From assembly GCA_041752695.1 (NCBI GenBank), contig JBGSVZ010000113.1, positions 32,001 through 96,000 of the forward strand: 64,000 bases of DNA. Direction: 5' to 3'. Within the stretch, counting starts at the first letter, position 1. The number at the start of each line of letters is the position of its first letter. This document shows, piece by piece, positions 10,025-18,161 of this stretch. Made by a program: the position numbers and the translations under genes. This DNA is from Terrimicrobiaceae bacterium. Lineage in GTDB: Bacteria > Verrucomicrobiota > Verrucomicrobiia > Chthoniobacterales > Terrimicrobiaceae. The notes under the pieces were generated by a model, which saw only the letters and a program-made list of their open reading frames with translations, was not told where the DNA came from and did no database searches.

Positions 10025-11260
10025 ATGGCCTCACTCTACAACCGCGACGACAGCAAAGAATACTGGATCTGCTGTTATCCCCAGTCCGGGGGACGACCGG
10101 CGCGTGCCAGCACATCAACGGAGGACCCCCGGGAGGCTGAGCGGATTCTGGAAAAGGTGAAACTGCTGGTCGCACTCGAACGAATGAAGGATGTGCCGGT
10201 CCCCGCAAAAATCCTGGCTCGTTTGGAGGGGCTTCCCGGTTCGACCGCAGCGGAACCTCAACCAAAAAAAGAAAAGCCGGACGACTTGCGGGCCGCCCTC
10301 CGCGCTCTCGTCACGCGAAGCGCCGCCGGCAACGTCCGCGCCGCACTCAACAACAAACTCTCCCAGCTCCGTCAGTTTTTTGGGTCCTCCCTGATTAACG
10401 AGATCGATCCCCGCAAGCCCGAACACCGCCGTCATGCCCGGCGGCGCGAACCTCTGAAACCTTCGTTCAAGGGAACGACTTTGGCCGACATCACGCCTGA
10501 CGTTCTGCTCACCTTCCTGCACGAAAAGAAGTTCGGTCTAGCCAGCAAGCGACACTACCGCGAGATTTTCCACGAGTTGTTCCGCGTCGCGCTGGTCAAC
10601 GGGTTCTATGTGCCCTCCAATCCCTACGCGCCCAATCCCGCCTTGGAACTGCCGAGTTACAAGGGGACGGATGGCCCGATCGTCGTCTTGACAGCGGACG
10701 ATGTGGCGCGGCAATACGACGCCGTTACCTCCGACCCAAAAATCCTCTTCGGCTGCCAAATCATGATCGAAGGGGGATTTCGCCTCCACGAGGCCCTGGC
10801 CCTGCGCCGCACCAGCATTGCGGAGGATTTTTCCTACATCAGCCTTTTGCTGCCACAACCGACGTCGGGCCAAAGCACCAAACTCAAAACCGGGGAGCGT
10901 CCGGTCACCGTGCGGCCTGAACTCGAATGCCACCTGCGCCGTCACCTTTCGATGATCGAAACCGACTGGCTCATCGCTTCCCCCTCCGGACGGCGCTGGA
11001 ACAGCAACGCCTTTGGCGATCGCTTGCGAGAACTCAATCGTAAGGCCAAGCTACCATGGACCACGCAGGATTTCCGCCATACCTTTGCCACCAACCGAAT
11101 CCGGGAAGGATGGAACCTCAAAACTCTCGCCGAGGAGATGGGCACAAGCGTCGTCATGCTGATGGAACACTACGCTGGCCATATTGCGCCTCCCGTGCGA
11201 GCGGCCTTGAAATCCCATCCGGGCAACGAGGGGAATTCGACATCGAGTCGTCTCCCTTGA
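10025..11260 (+). CDS. Tyrosine recombinase / phage-type integrase
   Basis: Start reset to MASLYNR (ATG 10025); 'GFRLHEAL', 'KLKTG', 'QDFRHTFAT', 'EMGTS..MLMEHY'; adjacent to tRNA fragment. Confidence 0.9.
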   Translation: MASLYNRDDSKEYWICCYPQSGGRPARASTSTEDPREAERILEKVKLLVALERMKDVPVPAKILARLEGLPGSTAAEPQPKKEKPDDLRAALRALVTRSAAGNVRAALNNKLSQLRQFFGSSLINEIDPRKPEHRRHARRREPLKPSFKGTTLADITPDVLLTFLHEKKFGLASKRHYREIFHELFRVALVNGFYVPSNPYAPNPALELPSYKGTDGPIVVLTADDVARQYDAVTSDPKILFGCQIMIEGGFRLHEALALRRTSIAEDFSYISLLLPQPTSGQSTKLKTGERPVTVRPELECHLRRHLSMIETDWLIASPSGRRWNSNAFGDRLRELNRKAKLPWTTQDFRHTFATNRIREGWNLKTLAEEMGTSVVMLMEHYAGHIAPPVRAALKSHPGNEGNSTSSRLP

Positions 11261-11282
11261 ACCCCAGGCACGTTTTTCTTGA

Positions 11283-11855
11283 TCACCTCATCCACGAGCA
11301 CCAAGGTGCGCCGCAGCCCCTGCTCGGGATCTCGGCCTTGCTGTCGCGCAGGATGTGCCCGACAAGCGGCTTTGCTCTTGCTCCGAGGGCGGCGTAGATA
11401 CTGATGAGGGCGGCCACAGCCTCGGCGTTCGGAGCGTCGAGCTTTTCGAGAGCTTCTCGCAGACAGACCTGCATCTCGTCGGCATAGAGGGACCAAACAA
11501 TGCCTGCAATTGCAAGGCCTTGATCCGAACCGGATTTGATGGCCGCAATGAGAACCGGAGCAAGAGAGTAATAGACCCGCGGGCATCTGAGCGCCTTGGC
11601 CGCTGGCTCTTCGACAAAGACAGATTTCTTATAACGCAACGCCTCGAGGTGTCCCTCGGCGGATCGGATACTGTCATCCAGATACCTAAGCGCCTCCTCT
11701 TGGAAATCCAAATCAGACAGTCTTTCAAGGCGGACCCTCTCCGCGGGTCTGTCTGCATCGGGCAGGCAGTTGTAATCCGCGATCTGAGGAATCAGCTCGG
11801 TTCGAGCTTTCGCAAGGTCGGTAGTGAGATGGTTGAAGGGGATGTTTTTGTTCAT
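11283..11855 (-). CDS. Hypothetical helical protein
   Basis: ATG 11855 just after the DUF5131 stop; co-oriented; helical/HEAT-like C-terminus. Confidence 0.5.
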   Translation of the reverse strand: MNKNIPFNHLTTDLAKARTELIPQIADYNCLPDADRPAERVRLERLSDLDFQEEALRYLDDSIRSAEGHLEALRYKKSVFVEEPAAKALRCPRVYYSLAPVLIAAIKSGSDQGLAIAGIVWSLYADEMQVCLREALEKLDAPNAEAVAALISIYAALGARAKPLVGHILRDSKAEIPSRGCGAPWCSWMR

Positions 11856-11859
11856 AGAT

Positions 11860-12690
11860 TCAGGAGATTTTCGGTAATCCATCGTGGTAAATGCCATCCA
11901 GGCATCGCCCTGACATCGCTGTTCCGAGCCCGATCATCAGGGCCGCTGTCTCCCCGTCGGGGACAGCAATGGGCCGGACATTCTTCCGGGAGTGAGGGGT
12001 GCCAACCGGTGCCCACTGTCCCCACTGTTTGAAGAAAAACGGAATGGAGGCGGAATCCGCATAGTCGCGGAGATTGCGAAACCACGATGGGGGTGTCGGA
12101 CGCGCGCTCGAGGAACTTTCCCCCCCGGTGATAATCCAGTTGATTCCCGGGAACTTCTCCAGATTCAAGGGACCCAGCAGCGGTTCGGCGGAGATGAACC
12201 GGACAGGAGCATTGTGCTCCAACAGGTGAGGCAAGCGGGTTTCTGCCCATCTTTGATTTTCGACGGTCGCGCCAAGCCAAATATTTTCTGGCCAGTCCCC
12301 GGACCGTCCCCAACGGCTGAGGTGACGGATGTTCTCCGGCCGCTTCGTCAGGAGCAACCACCGCAACTGACGGGTCTGCTCGATCAGATCCCACAGTCGT
12401 TCCCGCTCGGAATCAAGAGATCGGTTTTTCTCGAAGACGTCGGCCATGGAGGCGCAAAACACGTGCGGATTATCCCCGGCTTCAATCGCGGCCTTATTCC
12501 AAGCCAGCGGCTCGCGCCAGTGAGAGTCGCCGAAGAAACGTCGCGGGCTACCAGGTCCCCAAATTTTGTGGCCGGTTCGCCGGGACCAGGTCTCGGCATA
12601 GCAGTTCTGACACGCTTCGGACACTTTCACGCATCCCCACCACGGGCTGTAGGTGTGCCGCGTCCAACCGATTTTGGAGTTCTTGCCCAT
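11860..12690 (-). CDS. Phage Gp37/Gp68 family (DUF5131) three-Cys-motif protein
   Basis: 'SKIGWTRHTYSPWWGCVKVSEACQNCYAE', 'VFCASMADVF', 'LLTKRPEN', 'FISAEPLLG', 'WIITGGES', 'FFFKQWG'. Confidence 0.9.
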   Translation of the reverse strand: MGKNSKIGWTRHTYSPWWGCVKVSEACQNCYAETWSRRTGHKIWGPGSPRRFFGDSHWREPLAWNKAAIEAGDNPHVFCASMADVFEKNRSLDSERERLWDLIEQTRQLRWLLLTKRPENIRHLSRWGRSGDWPENIWLGATVENQRWAETRLPHLLEHNAPVRFISAEPLLGPLNLEKFPGINWIITGGESSSSARPTPPSWFRNLRDYADSASIPFFFKQWGQWAPVGTPHSRKNVRPIAVPDGETAALMIGLGTAMSGRCLDGIYHDGLPKIS

Positions 12691-12693
12691 AAA

Positions 12694-13782
12694 CTACGAT
12701 GTTTGAGTTTTACTGACCTTGTCCTTCTTGCGGCGATGAAGAGCCTTGGCTTCGAGGTTCTTTCGACAACGGGCCAGGACGATCCCGTCGAGGACATTCC
12801 GGCACATTTCTAGGGCCAGCAGGATGAGAGTCCGATAGACTTCCGGCTCTTCACGAAGAATGGTCTCGAAGAGCTCCTTCCAAGGTCGGGCATCTTCGGA
12901 GGCAAGCTTCGAGGGCTGTAAGGCAAGGAGGCTGTCCAAGATCACGTTTTCGGTGGCTTTCGTTGCGAACGAAGTCTCGATGCGATCCAGCACTTCGGGG
13001 CTGACCACACGGCGAATGACTGACTTCAACTCGGGAGTCAGCTTCGCCGTCCAGCCACCGTCCGGTTCCTCAGGCTGTTCCCCTTGTTTGCTCGGCGCGG
13101 TCAACCGCAAGCTGGTGCCGTTAGGCTGACGGCGTCCAAATGGTATCTGGTGGTCACGGCAATAGTCCCGGAGGGCGTCCCGCACAAGGCCTGCAGAGAT
13201 TCCTTCATCCCTGCAGGCATCCCGTGCGAACTGCCATGCTGCGATCCAGTGGTCAATATCGACCTTCACCAACTCTTCCCTGCACCGGCCGTTCGGCCGA
13301 ACGGCGAGCAGCCCCTCGGCGGCGAAGACATAGTAGACCCGGGCTTCGTCGAGCACTTTGAAAAGCTGCGGTTTCGATAGATCCGCAAAGGCCTTGGCAA
13401 AATCTGTTATCGTCGGAAATTCCTCTTTCCACTGTTCCTCCTCGTACACCTGCAGAAGTGCAAGGTTTCGCGTAGTCAGTCCCTTTTCCACCATGCGGAT
13501 GATTTCGCAGTTGCGGCGATAGCGCTGCTTCCCTTCCGGCGGAAGGAGTCCTGTCCGGCACACCTTCTTGATGGCGCTGATTTCCTTCACCAGCTTCGCA
13601 CTGAGATCTTCCAGCGGGTCAGGAGCAATAAGAGCATCGTTCAAAAGGGGTATGCTTTCGATGGCGCTTTCGGGCTGAATATCCTCTTTCATATCCCATG
13701 GAATAAAGACCGGACCTGCGGCATCCATCACACTGCCATCAGGAATCGTGGTCCAAGTTGATCTCCTCCATGAGGCGGGCAA
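12694..13782 (-). CDS. Hypothetical mobile-element protein (start probably further downstream)
   Basis: Long ORF ending 4 bp before DUF5131; segment 'ALLQVYEEEQWKEEFPTITDF...LSKPQLFKVLDEARV' resembles phage DUF3102-like proteins. Confidence 0.55.
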   Translation of the reverse strand: MPASWRRSTWTTIPDGSVMDAAGPVFIPWDMKEDIQPESAIESIPLLNDALIAPDPLEDLSAKLVKEISAIKKVCRTGLLPPEGKQRYRRNCEIIRMVEKGLTTRNLALLQVYEEEQWKEEFPTITDFAKAFADLSKPQLFKVLDEARVYYVFAAEGLLAVRPNGRCREELVKVDIDHWIAAWQFARDACRDEGISAGLVRDALRDYCRDHQIPFGRRQPNGTSLRLTAPSKQGEQPEEPDGGWTAKLTPELKSVIRRVVSPEVLDRIETSFATKATENVILDSLLALQPSKLASEDARPWKELFETILREEPEVYRTLILLALEMCRNVLDGIVLARCRKNLEAKALHRRKKDKVSKTQTS

Positions 13783-14053
13783 GATTTCGCCTCATTGTCC
13801 CTATGGTTCCTGTTTTGGACAGGCGAAGCTCCTCGTCTCCAATAGCACCGACCCTTTTCTCCCGGTCGTCGATTTCCTGACCGAAGTCGTCGATCAATCC
13901 TTCGATGGTTTCCCCGAAGCGCTTCCCCTCGGTTTCCTCCCAGATTCTCAGCGCCTTTACCAATCTCGCAGGGGGAATCTCCGGGATTTCCAGCAGATGA
14001 CGGATCTCGTCTTCGATCAAGCCTCCCTCGTGCGAAGAGATGCTGTCTTCCAC
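13739..14053 (-). CDS. Hypothetical acidic protein
   Basis: 104-aa ORF co-oriented in the gene run. Confidence 0.45.
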   Translation of the reverse strand: MEDSISSHEGGLIEDEIRHLLEIPEIPPARLVKALRIWEETEGKRFGETIEGLIDDFGQEIDDREKRVGAIGDEELRLSKTGTIGTMRRNLARLMEEINLDHDS

Positions 14054-14084
14054 AGACTCACACCCTGAATTGCCTCCCAGGGCC

Positions 14085-15476
14085 TCACTGTACTGTCGGG
14101 CTTTCGAGCGGACTTCCGAAGTCGAAGTTGCTCACGTACCCGCGGCGGCGCATCAGAGAGAGAATCAGTTCGTTGGTTTCGCTACACTTGTTCGCGAGCC
14201 AGCCAATGGGGGTTGTCCGAAGCGACTGCAGGGCCATTTCAAGCAGGGGACTCACATCAACGCACACGCTCCCGTCTGAGGCTTCCGTCCGGAAGAGATG
14301 CGCGTAGGCCTGCCACGACCGCCATCCCCCAACTACGAAACGGTTTCTGCATGTTGGCCAGGTGCGGTTGGGACCATCCGGTGAGTCCAATGGGAGAATC
14401 GCGACGAAACGGACCCGCTTGCCAAGCCATTCCGCCAAGAATGCGGGCACGCCGAGAACACCACCGAGTATCCACGCGAGCATTTGCAAGCATTGCTGAG
14501 TCAGCTTCCGAGCGGGGAAGCGCTGTCGGTTTCGCTTTTTGTTCGGAATTTCATCCCCGTCGCAGCGCACAATCATTCGATCCGACTCGCGCAGTGCCAA
14601 GTAGGCCTCCACCGACGTCGCGGTCGGCATCTTCTGTTTCAGGTCTTCCAATACGGAGGCGGGCACCCCGAGAACCTCCTCCGCGACGGCGTCAAGTGAG
14701 GGAATATCGCGTCGCTCAGCCAATCCGAGAAGCAACTCCCACAAGAGGCGAAACGGGCCAGACAGGGCCCCAAAGTCCTTTGTCTTTGCATCCGCGGGCA
14801 CAGGCCCGTCAACCCAGGCGCGAAGTTCCGACTGGGACACTCGCGTTGACGTCCAATCCGCCAGGGTGGTCCGTTCTTTTTCAACCACGGCAAGCTGATC
14901 CTTCAGTGGTGTGAACAGCGCACCGAGGTCCGCGCCGGGTTTGTGAGCAATCCGGGTTTTGCCCAGGGTCACACCAACGACCATGCCATTGCTGCAGACC
15001 AAGCGGAACCAGCCCAGATGGGAGCGGACCGCAGACGTGCCATCAACCGAGTTCCGGCAAACCAACCGAAGGCCAACATCATGCGCGTCGGGGCTCATCG
15101 CGTAGGCACTGCCGAACATCAACTCGAACATGATCCGCTCACAGTTTTCCGTTGCGTGAATTTTTACATTCGTGGCCTGAGAGTCCGGAACTTGCTGGGT
15201 GAAACTCAGCGCGGCTCGCAAAACCTCGTGATGCTGAATGATCCGATAAGTCTTGGAGACCATTCCCACCGGAACCGGTGCAGGCTCTGCGGTTTGGGCG
15301 CCGGGCCTTCGAACGACAAGGTCGAGATTGGCGTTCTTTCCCAGATTGAATGACTCAGGCGCGACTTTGTCGAATTCCGGTAGGAGAGAAAGAGCCCCAT
15401 CGATCGCCCCCGAGTATTTTTCGGTCATCGGGAGTGATCCCCAACTCCGCGTTGGATTGAGAGTTTCCACGGTCAC
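14085..15476 (-). CDS. DUF932/DUF945-domain protein with unrelated-looking C-terminal half
   Basis: 'GMVSKTYRIIQHHEVL', 'LVCRNSVDGTS', 'GWFRLVCSNGMVVG'. Confidence 0.7.
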   Translation of the reverse strand: MTVETLNPTRSWGSLPMTEKYSGAIDGALSLLPEFDKVAPESFNLGKNANLDLVVRRPGAQTAEPAPVPVGMVSKTYRIIQHHEVLRAALSFTQQVPDSQATNVKIHATENCERIMFELMFGSAYAMSPDAHDVGLRLVCRNSVDGTSAVRSHLGWFRLVCSNGMVVGVTLGKTRIAHKPGADLGALFTPLKDQLAVVEKERTTLADWTSTRVSQSELRAWVDGPVPADAKTKDFGALSGPFRLLWELLLGLAERRDIPSLDAVAEEVLGVPASVLEDLKQKMPTATSVEAYLALRESDRMIVRCDGDEIPNKKRNRQRFPARKLTQQCLQMLAWILGGVLGVPAFLAEWLGKRVRFVAILPLDSPDGPNRTWPTCRNRFVVGGWRSWQAYAHLFRTEASDGSVCVDVSPLLEMALQSLRTTPIGWLANKCSETNELILSLMRRRGYVSNFDFGSPLESPTVQ

Positions 15477-16819
15477 TCCTCCTGAAGGCTTTGTGGGCTT
15501 CGGGAATCTCCCGTTTCGTTGGCCCGATGGTTCGCACTCATGGGCTCACTTTCGCAAAGTGGGAGGGACAATGGTGGTGCTACCCCGGAATTCTTTTCCA
15601 ACTCGCTCGCCAGATGTTTGGCATACCCCCATGCGGAAAAGCGGGACTCTGGTTGGTCGGCACCGCCGAAGGCGATGATGAAGGGATCGTCTCCGAAACT
15701 CGTGTATCCATCGTAAAGTTCCTTGGCGGTTTGTCCGGGCTTTGCATCGCTGAAAAAATCCTCGACCAACTGCCGCGCCGCAATGAGTGCCACCTCGTAG
15801 TTGTCGAACTCCCCCAGGCACCACCGCTCGTCCTCATCCATATAGTGGAAGTTGTCATCGACCAGAACGCGATAGCCGCGCCTGGTCGGTTGTTTGGTTG
15901 TGACGAATTTAGTCGGATCAATTGTCGTCTCTCCATCCCAACGATAGGCGCAGAGAAAACCTCCCTTCCCTGTCCCGTAGTCGAGGCAGGCCAGATTCGA
16001 CCGGATTGGGGCCGGCTCCGTGTGCTTCAGCGCGTAGTGCCCAAAGAACGTGATTGGGGCATTCTCTGGATAACCGGTTTGTGGCATGTATTCGGGAAAC
16101 ACATCTGGAACGGTTTCGTTAGCCGGAAAAACTGCCTCCTGGCAGGTCGCCAGAGACAAATCCAACCACCACTTTAACCTGAACTCGCTCCGCATCGTTC
16201 CATCGGCCGTCTCGTGACGATAGCCCCGTGGCAGAATCCCTTCCGGACCATTAACGATCTGGCTCATAATCTCGTAGCCCGAGGTTTTCTTTATGCTGTG
16301 GTTTTCGAGAGTCTCGCCCTGCAGGGGTCCGATTTCGCGAAGTTGATCGATGGCTTCATCGTCCCAGCAGGCATGCACAGCCCGCAGTCCGGGCAGATCG
16401 AGAAAGAGCGGAAGTCCGGAGAACCATTGCATCCAATCCGTCCACTCCTGCATGTTGTCGGCGAATTGATCCAACGTCGCCTGGTGTTGGCGAGTGTTGT
16501 TCTCCGAATGCGGCCGCAGAGGCTTGCCCGAGCTTCCGATCGTGTGGAAACGGAGGGCGTTGATCTCGTGATTGCCGAGAATGGCCAAGGCTGACCCGCC
16601 GTCCACCATGCTCCTCACGGTCCGTAACACTTCGCGAATCATCGGCCCGCGATCAATGTAGTCGCCCAGGAAAATCACTTTGCGATTATCGGGGTGGGCG
16701 TAGTGACCGTTTTTTTGCGTATAGCCCAACGCATCAAGCAAGCTGGCGAGTTCCTGAGCGTGGCCGTGAATGTCGCCAATGATGTCGTATCCCTGTGCCG
16801 GTTGATTTGTTTTCTTCAT
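15473..16819 (-). CDS. Calcineurin-like metallophosphoesterase (ApaH/PPP/Pnkp-like) with extra C-terminal domain
   Basis: 'IIGDIHG', 'FLGDYIDRGP', 'LGNHE', 'VHAC', 'FFGHY', 'CLDYG'. Confidence 0.88.
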   Translation of the reverse strand: MKKTNQPAQGYDIIGDIHGHAQELASLLDALGYTQKNGHYAHPDNRKVIFLGDYIDRGPMIREVLRTVRSMVDGGSALAILGNHEINALRFHTIGSSGKPLRPHSENNTRQHQATLDQFADNMQEWTDWMQWFSGLPLFLDLPGLRAVHACWDDEAIDQLREIGPLQGETLENHSIKKTSGYEIMSQIVNGPEGILPRGYRHETADGTMRSEFRLKWWLDLSLATCQEAVFPANETVPDVFPEYMPQTGYPENAPITFFGHYALKHTEPAPIRSNLACLDYGTGKGGFLCAYRWDGETTIDPTKFVTTKQPTRRGYRVLVDDNFHYMDEDERWCLGEFDNYEVALIAARQLVEDFFSDAKPGQTAKELYDGYTSFGDDPFIIAFGGADQPESRFSAWGYAKHLASELEKNSGVAPPLSLPLCESEPMSANHRANETGDSRSPQSLQEE

Positions 16820-16886
16820 GAGCACAGGATACGCAAACGATCAAAATTCAAATAGTTATGAATTATCACATAGAATAACTTTAGAG

Positions 16887-18161
16887 TTATGCCTCTATCT
16901 GCGGTGGCCGAACGCTATCCCGCGTCTCGGGATTTTCAGGAATCCACACACCTTCAAAGGGGGCCGGCCAGACTGAGCACAACGCATCCCAAGCGGTGGA
17001 GTCGTCGTTGTTGGCATGCGGATTGCATCGGAAGTCCGCATACTCCCAAGCCGTTCCCCAACTTCCTTCATACTCATCGTCATAGCAGAGAATCGTTGGA
17101 TCAGCGCCGTGATCGAGCAGCCTGATGATAACTTTCCCGCTGGAATTCAGGCATGCATCTGCCAGGGGTGTTGTTTCGTTGTATCCCACCAAGTCAACCG
17201 CCGCGCCTGCGCCAATCAAAAGATCAATGGCATCGAGCGCGAGTATGTCTTTTTGATCGGCCTCAGCCTTCGAGTAGCCATCATCACCGGAGTATCGCGA
17301 CGTCGATTCGACAAGCCGCCCCAATGGAGTCTGACTGTGTTTCCTGTCAAAGCAGTTGGGATTTGCCCCGGATTGGAGCGCCGTGCGTATGGCGGGAAGA
17401 TCACACTTCGCTGCGGCGTCCAAAAGCACCCTGTCCATGCTGACAAGAGGCGGCAGGCATGCCTCCCAGTTCAGCGCGTAAAGTTCGGGAATTGAGAGAT
17501 GCTGGAGAAGCTCGCTGGCCAGACGCCAATCGCACCTCCGTGGCGATGGGTCGATCTCGGGAATCTTTCCCTGCGACAACGCTTCTTTGACATGGTGCCA
17601 AGTGGACTCGTCTGTGAGCGACAGATCCAGTTCAATTTCGCAGTGAACCTTGATGCGATTACCCACAATGGCAGCGTTATCCACGAAAGAGGCCGAGAAT
17701 CGCTCCCCGACAAGGATATTCCCCTTCTCCGCCAGTTGCCAAAACCGGCTCTGCAACCAGGTTGTCGCAGCTTCATCCTGCCGATCCGGAAAACTTATTC
17801 GCCGTTCACCAATTAACGGACCGTCGTCCGATTCGAACCGATTGAAGTTCGGATACCGATCCAGCGTGTCTTTCAGAGCCTGACGAAAGACCTCGACGGC
17901 ATAGCGGATGAAAAGTGGCCTAATGACCGGTTCGAAGTAAACCTCCTTGCCCTCCCAGACACCGTCAATGCTTCGATAGACATTATACCATTTCTTCGTA
18001 TTGCCGATCTGAAGCCGGGAAAATGCGGATTGCGCAGAGGTCTCATCGTCCAGCCATCTCCTGCGGGCAAACCTAATCCCAGAGAGCAAACGCAGGCGCT
18101 CCCGAGAAAAATGACGGCACCAGACAAAGGCGGGGTGGCTTGCACAAGGCGCTCCATTCAT
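16887..18161 (-). CDS. Ankyrin-repeat protein
   Basis: Start reset to ATG 18161 (ATGA overlap with upstream stop); 'LLDAAAKCDLPAIRTALQSGANPN', 'TPLADACLNSSGKVIIRLLDHGADP'. Confidence 0.7.
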   Translation of the reverse strand: MNGAPCASHPAFVWCRHFSRERLRLLSGIRFARRRWLDDETSAQSAFSRLQIGNTKKWYNVYRSIDGVWEGKEVYFEPVIRPLFIRYAVEVFRQALKDTLDRYPNFNRFESDDGPLIGERRISFPDRQDEAATTWLQSRFWQLAEKGNILVGERFSASFVDNAAIVGNRIKVHCEIELDLSLTDESTWHHVKEALSQGKIPEIDPSPRRCDWRLASELLQHLSIPELYALNWEACLPPLVSMDRVLLDAAAKCDLPAIRTALQSGANPNCFDRKHSQTPLGRLVESTSRYSGDDGYSKAEADQKDILALDAIDLLIGAGAAVDLVGYNETTPLADACLNSSGKVIIRLLDHGADPTILCYDDEYEGSWGTAWEYADFRCNPHANNDDSTAWDALCSVWPAPFEGVWIPENPETRDSVRPPQIEA

